From Octopus sinensis (lineage: Eukaryota), in the NCBI RefSeq assembly GCF_006345805.1, contig NC_043012.1:51398001-51462000 (forward strand): 64,000 bases of DNA, read 5' to 3'. Under the pieces are notes generated by a model. The model ran no database searches and was not told where the DNA came from. It worked only from the letters and a program-made list of their open reading frames with translations. The position numbers and the translations under genes are program-made. Shown here one piece after another: positions 1 to 13,771 of this stretch (positions are counted from its first letter, which is position 1; each line of letters opens with the position of its first letter).

Positions 1-449
1 CATTTTGAGTGTTTGTTTGTGAGTGTGTGTATGCGTGCATGTGTATTTATATGTGTGTCCCTATGTGTGTGTGTGCGTTTGTTTGTATGTGTGTATGTGC
101 GTGCGTACTTGAAAGCCCCTTTTATGCAAAAATATTCATTTCACAGGTTTACCGTTAACTGATTGCCGAACAGCAAACAGCACTCATGGCACACTTTCTT
201 ACCTGTTATATGAAATCGCTATAAGGAAAATGTGGTGCAACTCAATAATATCACCGTCCATTTAAAAGTCCAAGAAGAAAACTCTGCATAACTCAATTGT
301 ATGATATTGGGCATCCTAACACAAAAACACAAACCAACGCATGCTATATATATCTAAAAACGTATGTGTATATATCTCTGTGTGTGCGCGTGTGTTTATG
401 TGTGTGTACGTATTTATGAGTTCATATCTATACATATATAAATATATTG

Positions 450-591
450 GGAAATATTTGGGCTCCCTGTCAATTCTAAAGAACAATAAAATGAGTGAAA
501 TCGTCTTAGATGTTAAAATGTATTAAATTACAGATTAACAAACTCATTAATTACAACTTTTTAGCTGAACAGAAATTATAGTCAATAGTAA
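450..591. repeat. 142-bp dispersed direct repeat, copy 1 (copy 2 at 8229-8370)
   Basis: GGAAATATTTGGGCT...GAAATTATAGTCAATAGTAA recurs nearly identically 7.8 kb downstream. Confidence 0.9.
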
Positions 592-1453
592 ATATATTAT
601 GTAAATACGTTCAGCAAAATTTAGATTCAAATGAATATGGTACTTAAGTTAGATGCACCAAAATTTTGTACGGTGTTATCCATATAAATCCCTGGGGTGA
701 TTATAATCAAAATAAGCAACAAGAATATCTTCGGTAATTTGGTACGATCGTTTCACGCTACATCATTTTATTAAACATTGTATTACAACAGTTTTAAAAT
801 GTTGAGCAATAAATACATATATATTTATGTAAATATATATGTATGCATATATCACTGGCAATCTGTAGATTACGACGATGGGATTTCCAGTTGATCAGAC
901 TAAAGTCGAACAGCCATACTGCTTCTCAGGATATTTACTACTTCCACCTATTAATATCATTATCATCATTATTGTTATTCATATTTTTATCTTAATTATT
1001 ATCTAAAGCAGTGTGTGCGTGTATGTATTCAAAGATACATCACTTTATATCTGTTTCATTTGAATCCTATCTCATCAATCTTGATATATTATGCAATGAT
1101 ATATGCAGCTATTGATACTTGAGGTGTCATTAAAATGACTCTTCGGACTCGTCAGAATTGTGTATAAAATTAATGTGCTGTAGAAACTTGAATCATCAGT
1201 AATTTATGCATATACTGAGTTGCACGATATATGCAAAATATGTTGTGAATCGAATTCAGATGAAATAAAAATCTTACTCACTCCATTCGTATTGTGTGTC
1301 ATTGTAAAAGTTCAACGGATGTTTGTGGTTTCAGATATTTCATAATATAGACTATATCGGGAGTATTGTGTCTGAAAGCATGCACCCGTGAATGAGCTTA
1401 ATAGAGTAAACTGGTGTGTTAATACGAGATTGAAATTATTATAGCATACATAA

Positions 1454-1492
<39 letters not shown>

Positions 1493-1629
1493 CATATATA
1501 TACATGCACGCGCACACAAATACACATATGTATATCTATTTATCCAGATATATGTATATATATATATATATACATATTTATACGTATGTGTGTGTTTATT
1601 TAGAGCAGTTTATGCATCGCATGAACAAT

Positions 1630-2720
1630 AGCAAAATGCGGCAAAGTTTCAGTAACCCACCTACAGGATCTAGCGAACATTTATCTCTAAATACCAAGGA
1701 CAGCCAACACGGTAGCAACGCCAGTAAATGGAGTCAGGACTGTCTTACATACAGATAAATACGATAAATTTTCATGCAGACAAAAATCGAAATGTCCTTT
1801 GATGAACCTCTGTATGAGTACAAATCTTGTATATAAATGTACTCGGCACACAAGTGGGGTGGGGCTATAACTCCTATACACATATAAATATACTTTCGTA
1901 CATTATGGCAGACTGCTGATTCATTTAAGAATCGTTATCGTAACCATGTTACCAGCTTTAAGTCTATCAATAATTGACAGATTTTGTATGGCGACAGAAG
2001 GAGGATAAAATGAAGTACAGCATCAATTGGCCCATAGTAAGGTACGAGAAACCATACAATATAATTTCCAGGAGATGCTGTCTTTGCTCCGAGGAATCCA
2101 TGTCTATTCTGTGGACTAACTAGATCATTAATAGAATCCCTGAACCACTCTCAAGATAACTCCTATACACATATGAATAAACTTTCGTACAATGCAGTGG
2201 GAATGAATTTTGAGTAAACGTTAGCATAATTTAATTTACTTTTAGTTATGGATGACTTTCAACTTCTCCATTGTTACAAAAAACAAGTAGATAGCTAACT
2301 CGCTTTCTGATCATCAGTGTACCAAACCTCATTTGTGCGTATGCTCACATTTTTGCGAATGTTTGTATGAGCGAGTGTACTTGCGCCATGCAGCTCGCCC
2401 GAGGGAGTTTATACATCTATATTTGTTAACGGTTATTTTTAATATTTTTCTCGCTGGATTGCGCGTTCGTTTATCTTTTCGCCATTTGTGATTTTATTTT
2501 TTATTTTCGATATAAATGAAGATATTTCCTCAGTTTAGCTTCCTTTCATTCTACAACACGGGAAGTTACGTTGGAGAACAGTTATTTGAACGAGTTGTAT
2601 ACATTTCTCACCCTTCGAAATACAGCTGCACCGTCGGAGGAATCGATGCTAGATATGTCGAAATAATTGTCGTGATTACTAATAAATTCTCGTATATTCC
2701 ATCTTCCGTGTTTTATGTGT
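1630..2720 (+). mobile_element. Penelope-like element 3' fragment with decayed GIY-YIG endonuclease
   Basis: Frameshifted peptides KCPL-MNLCMSTNLVYKCT, GQTADSFKNRYRNHVTSFK, YSINWPIVRYEKPYNIISRRCCLCSEE and INRIPEPLSR match the PLE GIY-YIG/C-terminal pattern; ends at a (TA)n tract. Confidence 0.75.
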
Positions 2721-2721
2721 C

Positions 2722-2772
<51 letters not shown>

Positions 2773-2773
<1 letters not shown>

Positions 2774-3873
2774 GCAATAATAATTCTCTAAACGAGATAT
2801 AGACAGTAACTGCTCCATAACATAAGGGACGTTAGCCATCTGAATGTGGCTAGGGACAGGGCAGGGCGGTGGGGGTGTTACTGATGCATTTAGCCCCAGG
2901 CGATCATCAACGTCACCAGGAGGGCTGACGCCATCACGGCGTCCTCTAGCCTGCAAAGGGAGATCATTCCCCGAAGAAACCTAGGTCCGTATGTGGCATC
3001 CGCTTCTTCGGGGAATGATCTCCCTTTGCAGGCTAGAGGACGCCGTGATGGCCTCAGCCCTCCTGGTGACGTTGATGATCGCCTGGGGCTAAATGCATCA
3101 GTAACACCCCCACCGCCCTGCACTGTCCCTAGCCACATTCAGATGGCTAACGTCCCTTATGTTATGGAGCAGTTACTGTCTATATCTCGTTTAGAGAATT
3201 ATTATTGCTCTCGAACGGATTTTCTACATCAGTAAATGTACTTACTGTGAAAATCTTTATATATATCCTGCACAGAGAGTTGTTCGTCGAGGAGCGGTGC
3301 TTACCATGCGTTGATAATAGGCAAATACCTTGAAACCTAGGTCCGTATGTGGCATCCGCTTCTTCGGGGAATGATGTCCCTTTGCAGGCTAGAGGACGCC
3401 GTGATGGCGTCAGCCCTCCTGGTGACGTTGATGATCGCCTGGGGCTAAATGCATCAGTAACACCCCCACCGCCCTGCCCTGTCCCTAGCCACATTCAGAT
3501 GGCTAACGTCCCCTATGTTATGGAGCAGTTATGTCTATATCTCGTTTAGAGAATTATTATTGCTGTCGAACAGATTTTCTACATCAGTAAATGTATTTAC
3601 TGTGAAAATCTTTATATATATCCTGCACAGAGAGTTGTTCGTCGAGGAGCGGTGCCTACCATGCGTTGATAATAGGCAAATACCTTGAAACCTAGGTCCG
3701 TATGTGGCATCCGCTTCTTCGGGGAATGATCTCCCTTTGCAGGCTAGAGGACGCCGTGATGGCGTCAGCCCTCCTGGTGACGTTGATGATCGCCTGGGGC
3801 TAAATGCATCAGTAACACCCCCACCGCCCTGCCCTGTCCCTAGCCACATTCAGATGGCTAACGTCCCTTATGT

Positions 3874-3875
<2 letters not shown>
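2773..3875. repeat. GC-rich ~355-bp unit: 2.5 tandem copies (start 2979, 3335, 3690) preceded by a 206-bp inverted copy (2773-2978)
   Basis: Direct alignment of units; 2773-2978 is the reverse complement of 3004-3209; (TA)n on both sides. Confidence 0.95.
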
Positions 3876-3905
<30 letters not shown>

Positions 3906-3909
3906 ATAT

Positions 3910-3943
<34 letters not shown>

Positions 3944-6714
3944 CACAGTCAATTCAAATAAATGAATAAAAACGAAAAAAGAAAAGAAAAAAAACAACAA
4001 ACCTGAGAAGGTACCCAAGAAGTGTATTATCTTGACACTTGGTGAAATGTGAGAGTTTAATTTTTCGTGCATAGCCCTTCATTGGAAAGGAGAGAGGGAA
4101 AAGTCCAAACAATAATAAGAAGTAATCGCAAATGACCCACGTGTCATTCCATATGTATATATGCATGTATTATGTATGTATGCATGTATGTAGGATGTAT
4201 GTCTGTAAGTATGTATCTGTTTGTGTGCGCGCGTTTAGTTGTGTAGCGAGGAAAAAAGTATATATTTGAGAACTTGAATCAATCTAGAGTTTCTTAACAA
4301 TTATTTTCTGGTCTGTTTTTCAGTAATATTAGTGAAACTAAGAGAGTACTGTTCGGAAGTGTACCTGTATTCGCCTTTGATCTTTAAGACAAGATCAGTC
4401 ATCACAAATTATATCCGACTTTCAAAGACTTCCAATAATCGAGAGCCTGTCTTTATTCCATGCATATTCATTTATTATTTTCTTTAGTCAGAAAGGAAGG
4501 CAATGCTTGTCAGTACAGTTAGTGCCTCTGAAATGTGTGGAGAAAGATATCTTCTCACCAAAGACCGAACCCGAATAATTGCAACAGCGTAAAAACTGTT
4601 TAACGACCAAAGTTCCAAACAATATTGCTAAATTACGTGTACCACCCGAGAGTGCCATAACTGTTTTCGAAATTGGAATATAAATTGGGACATAAATTCC
4701 ATGAGTGAACAGAGTGGAGTATTCGTGAAGACGCTTTATCCTTCTATCAATGAGGCGCTTGGAAAACGAGCTTTTTATCGACTCCGAATCGTTGCAGTGA
4801 AAACTAAATCATAATAGAAACAGACCACTAAATGCAGACATACGGAGATTATACTGCAGGTCAATCTCTCCTATCGTTTACAACAATGAATAAAAGAAAA
4901 CATGATGATAAGCATGAAAAAACAGCAACAATACCACCACCAAAAGGGTTTTCGTTGGTTTTTACCAATCAGTGAAAGAATTGTATGGACATGATAAGAT
5001 TTACCAAGTATTTAGTTTTTAACACGCTACTCCAGTAGAAATACTTACACATACACACATCTGTAAACACATCTGTTTTATATATACAGACATGCACATG
5101 TTTGCTCATTTATAGTGAAACTACGACCAACACAAATATTATGCCCAACCTGTAGGTATAGCTAACTCCCTCCATTCTCCTTCCTCTCTCTCGGCATATA
5201 TATATATATGAGTGTGCATGCGTGCGTGTGTGTGTGTATTAATATATGATTTGTAGCATGTTCTAGTAATCATAAGAATTGTACTGAATCATTTAGCAGT
5301 GAATGTTGTTTCGTATTGGCTCCAGTGTGATCGTAGAACAGTAAAAACTAAAGATGGCTAAACATCGAAAATAACTGCTAGGTTGTGTTACTGAAATTCA
5401 GATGAAATAATCGTGTTGTATTAAGTGGAGTTCTGGTTAAGAGCCGAACGGCAGAGAGGGCATGGTTTAAGGCAGCTGATAAAAAAACCTTTCCATCACG
5501 TTGCATTTAGTGAAAGACTAACCTATGGAACACTTTCTGTTTATAATATCAGGACGTCCAACGTATTACATAAATTATGGTGAATAAATACAGGTAGCAT
5601 ATTGAAAAAATATTTTAACCTCGCACTAGAAACCTATTTCGAATGCTTATACTATAGTAACTGAACCAGAAGCACTTAAGAGGGAAATGGTTGTGATAAA
5701 CGGAGATTTGGTTTTGACCTAACGTTTGATGTAGAGTCTACCACATTTCCTGATAGGTAATTCACTTTATTTTCTGTTACTTAGTGATTTGAATAGTTCA
5801 TCCACGGCATATATTTCGGCCAGCACTCAGAGGCGTACACGGACACTGTATAAATTCCGTCGTTTAGATGAAAGTAATATGAAAATAACTGAAATAATGT
5901 TTTTTATAGGAAATAAAAAGAGATAGATGTGTTTATGGAAGTAATGTTGTAAAATACTTTAAGAAACTTTTCCTCTGCCTTTTAAAATCCACACGAACAA
6001 GAGACTGTGAGGAATGTGTTCGGCACACCAAAGACTGTATACAATATACCAAAGAATATAATATCAAATCAATATCACTTGAAATTATTTGAGAAAGGAG
6101 TAACCTTTTCAAACTTCTGTAATATGCCTTATAGATAATGTCATTAAATTAGATAGCTATTTGATATCAAATAATTGAAACCATCTGTCTTTGACAAACG
6201 TAACATTAATATGGTGCTTGCCTTCAGAAATACTGATATAATTTCTATACATGCATCACTTTAAAACATTTTACTATACATGACGCACTGAAAATTTCTA
6301 AATTGTGCATTTGCTTTCTCTTAAGATCTTTCTCCTTTTATGTTTGAAGCACTTGACCAGTAACGACTTTCTTACGTTGCCCTTTCGTAATGAAATAACT
6401 CTATATATTTGCGAAGTTCTCCGTTAACACTGCAATATACTTGAAGCATTTCCAAATACTTTGATCGTATTCCACTCTGAGCAGTATTACCCCCAAAATA
6501 CATCAGTTTCTCGACCATTTATGATTATTTTATACTTTCGTTGAGAGACGTTTATTACACTAGAATATATACCGAGGCTGATGCAACAGAATTAAGTATT
6601 AGAAGAACTCTTGTTACTCAATAAAATAGTCATATGTCCACACACATACATACACGTATACATAAATACACACATATATATGTCTATATATATATGTTTG
6701 TATATATATATGTT

Positions 6715-6761
<47 letters not shown>

Positions 6762-6978
6762 CATATATTCAGACATATATACATGCATATATTTATACGA
6801 ATATACACGTACACACGTACACACATGTATATCTATATATATATACAAGTTCATACATTTACATTTACATATATAGACACATGCATGGATCAAAGTATGA
6901 ATTGATAGAAATACATCACATATATGTGAGTGTTTGTGTGTGTGTATATGTTTATGTTCGTTTTATATATATATATAT

Positions 6979-7024
<46 letters not shown>

Positions 7025-7701
7025 GTATATACATACTTGCATACTTACATGTTTATGTGAGATACCATTGTTGAAAGTTAGCGTTTAAATGTTATTAAAT
7101 GGAATCAGAAAACAGTGTTTGTTTGATATATAAAGACCAACTATCTTTATTAACGTATCTATAAACCACAGCCAAAGTTATATATTTAGCAACATAAAAT
7201 AATGTACGTCTCTTTCTATCTCATAACTCCATATAATGGAAAGTTTGTAAGTGTTACTTATTAGCATGTTGAGATTCATATTTGTTTAAATTAACTGAGT
7301 TTCGATCACAACCGTCAATATTACAATTTCTGCTATGTGTGTGTCGGGATTGTCGAAGGAATTTCTCCCATCGTGTCATATTCCCCACTGACTTTCCGAC
7401 GTAATATCTTTTAATTATAAGCATAAACGCCCTAGGAAACACGATTCGTATGGGCATTTACAGAGAATGTTTTCCCATACACACACATACACACATACGT
7501 ATATATGTGTGATTGTGTCTATGTGTTTGTGTGTTTGTTTGTATATATGTATGTGTGTATTAATGTTTGATTTTATGTTTAGTTATGATAAAAACAAAAT
7601 TTTCGTGAATCTGATAGGCTACTCTATATAAGTACAAAATCCATATCCTTAAAATGTGGTTGACAGTGACTCTGAACATTCGGCCCGTTATGTTATCCTC
7701 G

Positions 7702-7736
<35 letters not shown>

Positions 7737-7817
7737 TTATATATATATATATATATATAATATATATATATATAATATATGTGTGTGTGTGTGTGTATAC
7801 ATTTATGTATATATATA

Positions 7818-7858
<41 letters not shown>

Positions 7859-8228
7859 ATATATGTATATTTGAAATACAAATACATGACAATATCCCAC
7901 AGAGTACAATAATAGGTACGCTTATAAGAGGCACTATTCAAACGGTAGCATTTACAAAATAATCCTGATCAATTCTGTAATAAAAAAGAAATCCTGATGT
8001 TATCTTTATGTAGGGAAACAATGAAGGACCCTCTCTAAAAGGCATTGATTCACAACCAGCCCAAGCTAATTAAATGTCTGAATAGCTTGTAACGTATATG
8101 GTTTTTGCTTTACATCTTCAGAAAATTTTGCTATAGTTATATATATATATATGTGTGTGTTTGTGTGTATTTTAAATTAATAAATGTCTCTTCATGATAT
8201 AGAACGCATTTTGTCCTATTGGGGGCTA

Positions 8229-8370
8229 GGAAATATTTGGGCTTCCTGTCAATTCTAAAGAACAATGAAATGAGTGAAATCGTCTTAGATGTTAAAATGT
8301 ATTAAAAAACAGATTAACAAACGCATTAATTACAAGTTTTTAGCTGAACAGAAATTATAGTCAATAGTAA
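8229..8370. repeat. 142-bp dispersed direct repeat, copy 2
   Basis: Matches 450-591 with few substitutions. Confidence 0.9.
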
Positions 8371-8414
8371 TATGCTATTTCATTTAAGATTCATTAGGTG
8401 CAATTTTTTCTGCA

Positions 8415-8612
8415 ATAGGCACAATACCTGAAATTTTGGTGGAGGGGGCTACTTGTTTCCCTCGACCACTGTCTTTAACTGGTACTAATTTTATCGATCC
8501 CGAAAGGAGGAAAAGCAAAGTCGACCTCGGCAGAAATTGAACTCAGAAAGTAATGAGGAAGAAAATGCTACTACGAATTTTGCCCGGCCTCCTAACAATT
8601 CTGCCAACCCAT
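8415..8612 (-). mobile_element. tRNA-headed SINE, family A (Octopus-type), degenerate
   Basis: GATCCCGAAAGGAGGAAAAGCAAAGTCGACCTCGGCAGAAATTGAACTCAG core shared with many copies in the window. Confidence 0.85.
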
Positions 8613-8999
8613 CGATTCAGTTTCAATCAGTTTATATTTTTAGAAAATTTATATGAGAAATTTATACTGTAGTACAAAATCGTTTCATTTCTCAATAATT
8701 AACACTTGTCCAATTCAAAACGCAGTAAACCATATAATGTTTGTCGTTATTCAATATCAGAATTACATTTCTGTACAACAACTTATGCATTTAGAAATAA
8801 CGGATGTTTAAATTGGCCGCAGGATTTAAGTTAAGTGAGAAACGAAAACGAACACAAAGATGCTGCATAGATTTCTGTTAGTTACGCTACCGAGTCCGCT
8901 AATCCGCAGTCCGACAAATGTAACTATACTAGGAACTGATGAACAAATTAAAGATGGTATCTTTCATAAGAGATAATAGATTTTTAGAAATATTTTCAG

Positions 9000-9106
9000 T
9001 GAGTCATAACCGTCAAGACAATACGTTCAAACTGTATCTGAGTAGTGAAAGTGGACATGTTATGCAAAGCCATTGGTTATATAGACTCTCATTTAATGCG
9101 AAGAAA
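9000..9106 (+). CDS. Candidate isolated coding exon (xSHNRQDNTFKLYLSSESGHVMQSHWLYRLSFNAKK), product unknown
   Basis: Acceptor TATTTTCAG|, donor AAA|GTAAGT, 107 nt open in phase 1 to phase 0; no homolog recognised. Confidence 0.3.
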
Positions 9107-9947
9107 GTAAGTTGACATTTATAAACATGAGAATCAATAAATATTTTGGAAAAGAAATAATGAGAAAGTTTAGTTATCGTAAATGTTGACAGAAATTGTT
9201 CAAACTTTACATAAACGTCAACAAGAGACTTTCTGTTGGTAATTAATAATATTTTGCAGTCATCAAGTTTTGAATAGTTATTCATAGAAATTTAAGTGTT
9301 TAGCAAATATATGTGTCATTCATCGGAATGACATGAACTAACCTATCATTTATACACCTACGATTCATTCGTTTTATCATATTTTACATCTTACTCACAA
9401 CCCACTACCAATCTTCTGACGCTGTTTACTTCCCTTGTCTGTCTTTCTTTGACTTTTCCTTGTCTATTTCTCTCTCATTCTTGCTTGGAATATGCACACG
9501 TCATTTCCATGCACATACATACACGCGTATATACATCTATGTATATGTAAGTATGGGTGCGAGATGTGCCTGTGATCTTTGTGTTTACAATAGCGATAGG
9601 AAGATGCATACAATTGCGCAGTATGTTGGAAAAGACTTATTTCTCTAAACATAAAATTTTCCATGCATTGAACAGCAAACATGTGTGAATCTGAAATAAA
9701 ACTGAATTCAATCTCGCTCACTTAAATCAACTGCACAAAATCTTCGCTATTGAGAAATGATCAGGTGTAGCACATAATAATGATAATTGACCGTCTGCGC
9801 GTCTCAGTATTTAAAAACTGTAACAATAGAACACATTTTCACATACTTATACAGATATAAACGTATGTATCTATATACATTTGAGTTTAGGCATATACAT
9901 CTGTGTGTCCGTGTGTGTGTGTGCCTGTGTGCCTGTGAGAATGTGTT

Positions 9948-10281
<334 letters not shown>

Positions 10282-10316
10282 GATCTCGTTGTTCCTCACA
10301 CATAGATACATGTGTA

Positions 10317-11193
10317 CGAGGTGCGTTCAAAAAGTATCCGTCTCACATTTCCTCACGAAAACTAGTGCTTCATTGGCAAAATCTATTAAATGAGAGGTGG
10401 TGCCACTCTTCCTGTGCCTTTGTGATTATTTTCGTGCCAATAGGCTGCGACAGTTACCGGCTGTTATGCCTAGACTACGGACGTGCAGTGCGCGCACTTG
10501 TCGGATTTTCCTTTTCTCCGAGATGACCGAACGCACCCGCGTCTCATCATTACTGATGATGGTCTTCATGAAATTTTGATCGTAGTTTGCACATTCCAAC
10601 ATGTTCCGATAAATTCCTGTGTGCTGGGTCTTCTGTTGCTCCGCTAGCACATTAGGTACGAATGCAAAAATTATCCTTTGAAATGGAATACATTGATCAT
10701 GTGATTACTTCAAATTTGTGATCGATTTCCTGGAGTTTTTGACGACCGTCTTCTATGACTATTCGCCGAACATCATCAATCGGCTCCTCGTTTAGGTTTG
10801 TGGATGGCCCGTCTTAGCATGTCTCAATCTCCTTTGAGGTGCAACCATGTTTAAAGCAGTTGTACCTCTTCTTCATCCGAATTTTCCCCATGGCATCATT
10901 ACCAAAGGCCTGCTGAGTCTTCTGGATGGCTTGAGTATCTTGAGTATAACAGATCTTTGGCAAAGCTTCATACAATAACTCTGTCCGATGGATCCGTTGA
11001 GCACGAAGATCTGACAAGTACGCACTACACTACAGTATTCTAGTAGTAGCATCCGGAAAAAGACGTAACCTATTGCCACGAAAATTTTCACAACTGTGCG
11101 TCACCTACTAACCAGACTATTTTGCCAAGGGGGATTAGTTTTCTTATTTGGTGGGGGTTTCACCATTTGAACCACGCTTTTTGAAGGACCCTG
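10317..11193 (-). mobile_element. Decayed, internally deleted mariner (Tc1/mariner) transposon
   Basis: TA + CGAGGTGCGTTCAAAAAG terminus with imperfect inverted partner CTTTTTGAAGGACCCTG (11177-11193); minus-strand peptides QQAFGNDAMGKIRMKKRYNCFKHG and DQNFMKTIISNDET resemble the mariner HTH and first catalytic Asp region (TGDETW). Confidence 0.75.
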
Positions 11194-11322
11194 AATGAAG
11201 ATGCATAGAAGAATATACATGCATACGTACGTATATATACATACATACATATACATACACACACACATATATATATATATATGTATACATATATATATTA
11301 TGAATGTATGTATATACATATG

Positions 11323-11369
<47 letters not shown>

Positions 11370-11805
11370 TATATGTGTGTGTTTGTATATATGTATATGT
11401 ATATATATATGTGTGTGTGTGTATGTGTGTATATGTATATATATATATAAATATATATATTTACGTGTACACACACGCGCACATATACCAACACACGCAC
11501 AACTACAGGTAGATATCTGAATTTGATGCTCAATGAAATGAAATATTTGTTCTTTAAGTTGCCATCTACGTTGTTGCACGTGAATATTTACAGTTAATTT
11601 GAAGCAAAATCAGCGTGAGACATTTTGCTCCGCATTGCACTTGTAACCCAGTGCTGAAAAACTCCAAATCTGTGGTGGAGTTAGTCGGTCGCCGAATTTC
11701 TGTTCTATTTCCGTTTGTGAAACACAATGACAATGTAGGTGTTGACACTAAAGTTTGAAAAAAATGGGCAACTGGCTCGTTTACGTAGCAGGTAGATCGA
11801 ACCCA

Positions 11806-12238
11806 GGCATCTTTTCTGTTTGAACGGCAGTTTTTTCTAGCGGTGTCATATGAAAGTGTCACCCATAATTATAACCCTAGTATCGATCTATTGCATTTCA
11901 ATCTGTTTTAGGGTTAGGGTTAGTTAGGGTTAGGGTTAGGGGTGGCGGGAAGGATATCTTTTTTTTTCACAAATGTAAATAAAGCCAATCTGTTTCTTAA
12001 ACAAGGGACATATTCATACGTCACAGAATGTTTTCACCTCAATAGACGGCCATTGATTGGTTGAAATTGCCGAAATGCAAGAAATTAAAGACCAAATATC
12101 TTACAAACTATAGAATTTTCTCAATAAAGCCAAGAGAAAAAGATGTTTTATAAACACATTCTACCAGTATACGAAGTTTAAATTTTTTTAGTTACCTAGA
12201 AATTATGTTAAAAACTGCCGTTCAAACCAAAAAGATCC
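11806..12238. mobile_element. Non-autonomous TIR element (MITE-like) carrying TTAGGG repeats
   Basis: Inverted ends GTTTGAACGGCAGTTTT / AAAACTGCCGTTCAAAC; flanking 18-bp direct repeat GCAGGTAGATCGAACCCA; TTAGGG array 11908-11943. Confidence 0.8.
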
Positions 12239-13308
12239 GCAGGTAGATCGAACCCAGAACTTGAAAGATTGCGAAGTGATTTTCTCAGCTATTCAGTAAT
12301 ATATCCATACATGCATACATAAATACATACATACATACATCAATAGATACACGCTCATATGCCAGCGTGTGTATTTCATACATATATTTGCATATATGTA
12401 TATATACATGTGTGTTTGTATGTATGAATGAGAGTGCCTATACATTTGAACGTATGTGAGCAGACCTGAATACATATCTACACGAATGCATGCATGCATG
12501 TGTGTGTCTTTTCGTTTCAATGTTATTCTGCTGGTATTTAGATAACTTCGAGATTATTTTTATTTACTTTCCTCGTAATTTGACGTAGGTTTCGCATTGT
12601 TTTATTTCCCTAGTTTTAATTCAATGTTTTAATAGCGGAGACTTTGTTATTCATGCCACCGTACAAGTGCTTTTACATGTACCGGAATCTGTAATGTCTC
12701 CGATCATTTATGTTTACATGTTTTTTATTTGTTTCTTTTATTGGGAGTCACTGAATTAGTTTAGTAATTTGCTATAAATGAGAGGATTTTTTACTGTGGT
12801 CCATTGGAGCTGCTAAATATTTATTTCGTAACGACCTTTTTTTTATTCATTGAATTTGGTACGCATGTAAAATCATGTTTATTCTAACATGTTGCACTTA
12901 AATTTTGGAAAATTCAGCGTGTAGGCAATCGCATTAGTAGAGATACTTTCTTTCTTCTTCTTTTCACGATTATCCCTAAATTATTTAATCAGAGACTGTA
13001 GCACAACTTTTAACATACGTAAAAGATGTAAGTCTTCTGAATGGCTTTGTTAATGTATAAATTTATTACGAGGCAAAACTTTTGGAAAACGAAATAATAG
13101 AGGATACACCTGGTTTTACATTCTTTTTCTCTTTTGCATTTAATTGAATTCACTGATGGTTTGCGAAATATTGTGTCAATCAAGTGTGATTCGGTTTCAA
13201 TTTCGTTGCAGTTATTATTGCTAATAAATACTTTGAGTATCTATGTAACTATTATGACGGTTTATTGACAAATGTTATATACGGGACACCTTCATTGTAA
13301 TGCCTTTA

Positions 13309-13720
13309 GGCTTAGGAGTAGATGTGTGGTAAGTAGCTTGCTTACGAACCACATGGTTCCGGGTTCAGTCCCACTGCGTGGACCTTGGGCAAACGCCTTC
13401 TACTATAGCTTCGGGCAAACCAAACCTTGTGAGCAGATTTGGTAGACGGAAACTGAAAGAAGCCCGTCGTATAAATGTATATATATATATGTGTGTGTGT
13501 CTGTGTGTCTGTATGTATGATTGTGTGTCTGTGTTTGTCCCCCAAACATCGCTTGAAAACTGATGCTGGAGTGTATACGTCACCGTAACTTAGCGACTCA
13601 GCAAAAGAGACCAATAGAATAAGTACTAGGCTTACAAAGAATAAGTCTTGGGGTTCGATTTGCTCGACTAAAGGCGGTGCTCCAGCATGGTCACAGCCAA
13701 TGACTGTAACAAATAGAGTA
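13309..13720 (+). mobile_element. tRNA-headed SINE, family B (CORE-like CCTTGGGCAA motif, internal TA/TG microsatellite)
   Basis: GTGTGGTAAGTAGCTTGCTTACGAACCACATGGTTCCGGGTTCAGTCCCACTGCGTGG head and GACTAAAGGCGGTGCTCCAGCATGG tail shared with other copies. Confidence 0.9.
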
Positions 13721-13721
13721 T

Positions 13722-13771
<50 letters not shown>

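Noticed and set aside
203-315. Minus-strand exon with good acceptor and AG|GTAAGA donor
   Set aside because: All three through-frames contain stops; only an internal ATG start would work, with no supporting evidence
3420-3460. Hammerhead- or HDV-like fold in the 355-bp unit (TTGATGA..GCCTGGGGC TAA ATGCAT C)
   Set aside because: Needs four or more changes (C3, G12, helix I); the HDV order lacks room for P2/P3
2979-3875. CRISPR-like repeat-spacer array
   Set aside because: Units are contiguous 355-bp repeats without unique spacers, in eukaryotic DNA with no cas genes
6611-7060. Long ORFs rich in Y/I/H/T/V/C here and at 9787-10393, 11144-11533, 26474-30858, 38450-38987 and 43256-43758
   Set aside because: They are stop-free read-throughs of (TA)n/(CA)n microsatellites, not genes
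11908-11943. TTAGGG array as a telomere or fusion site
   Set aside because: Only about five units, internal to a TIR element
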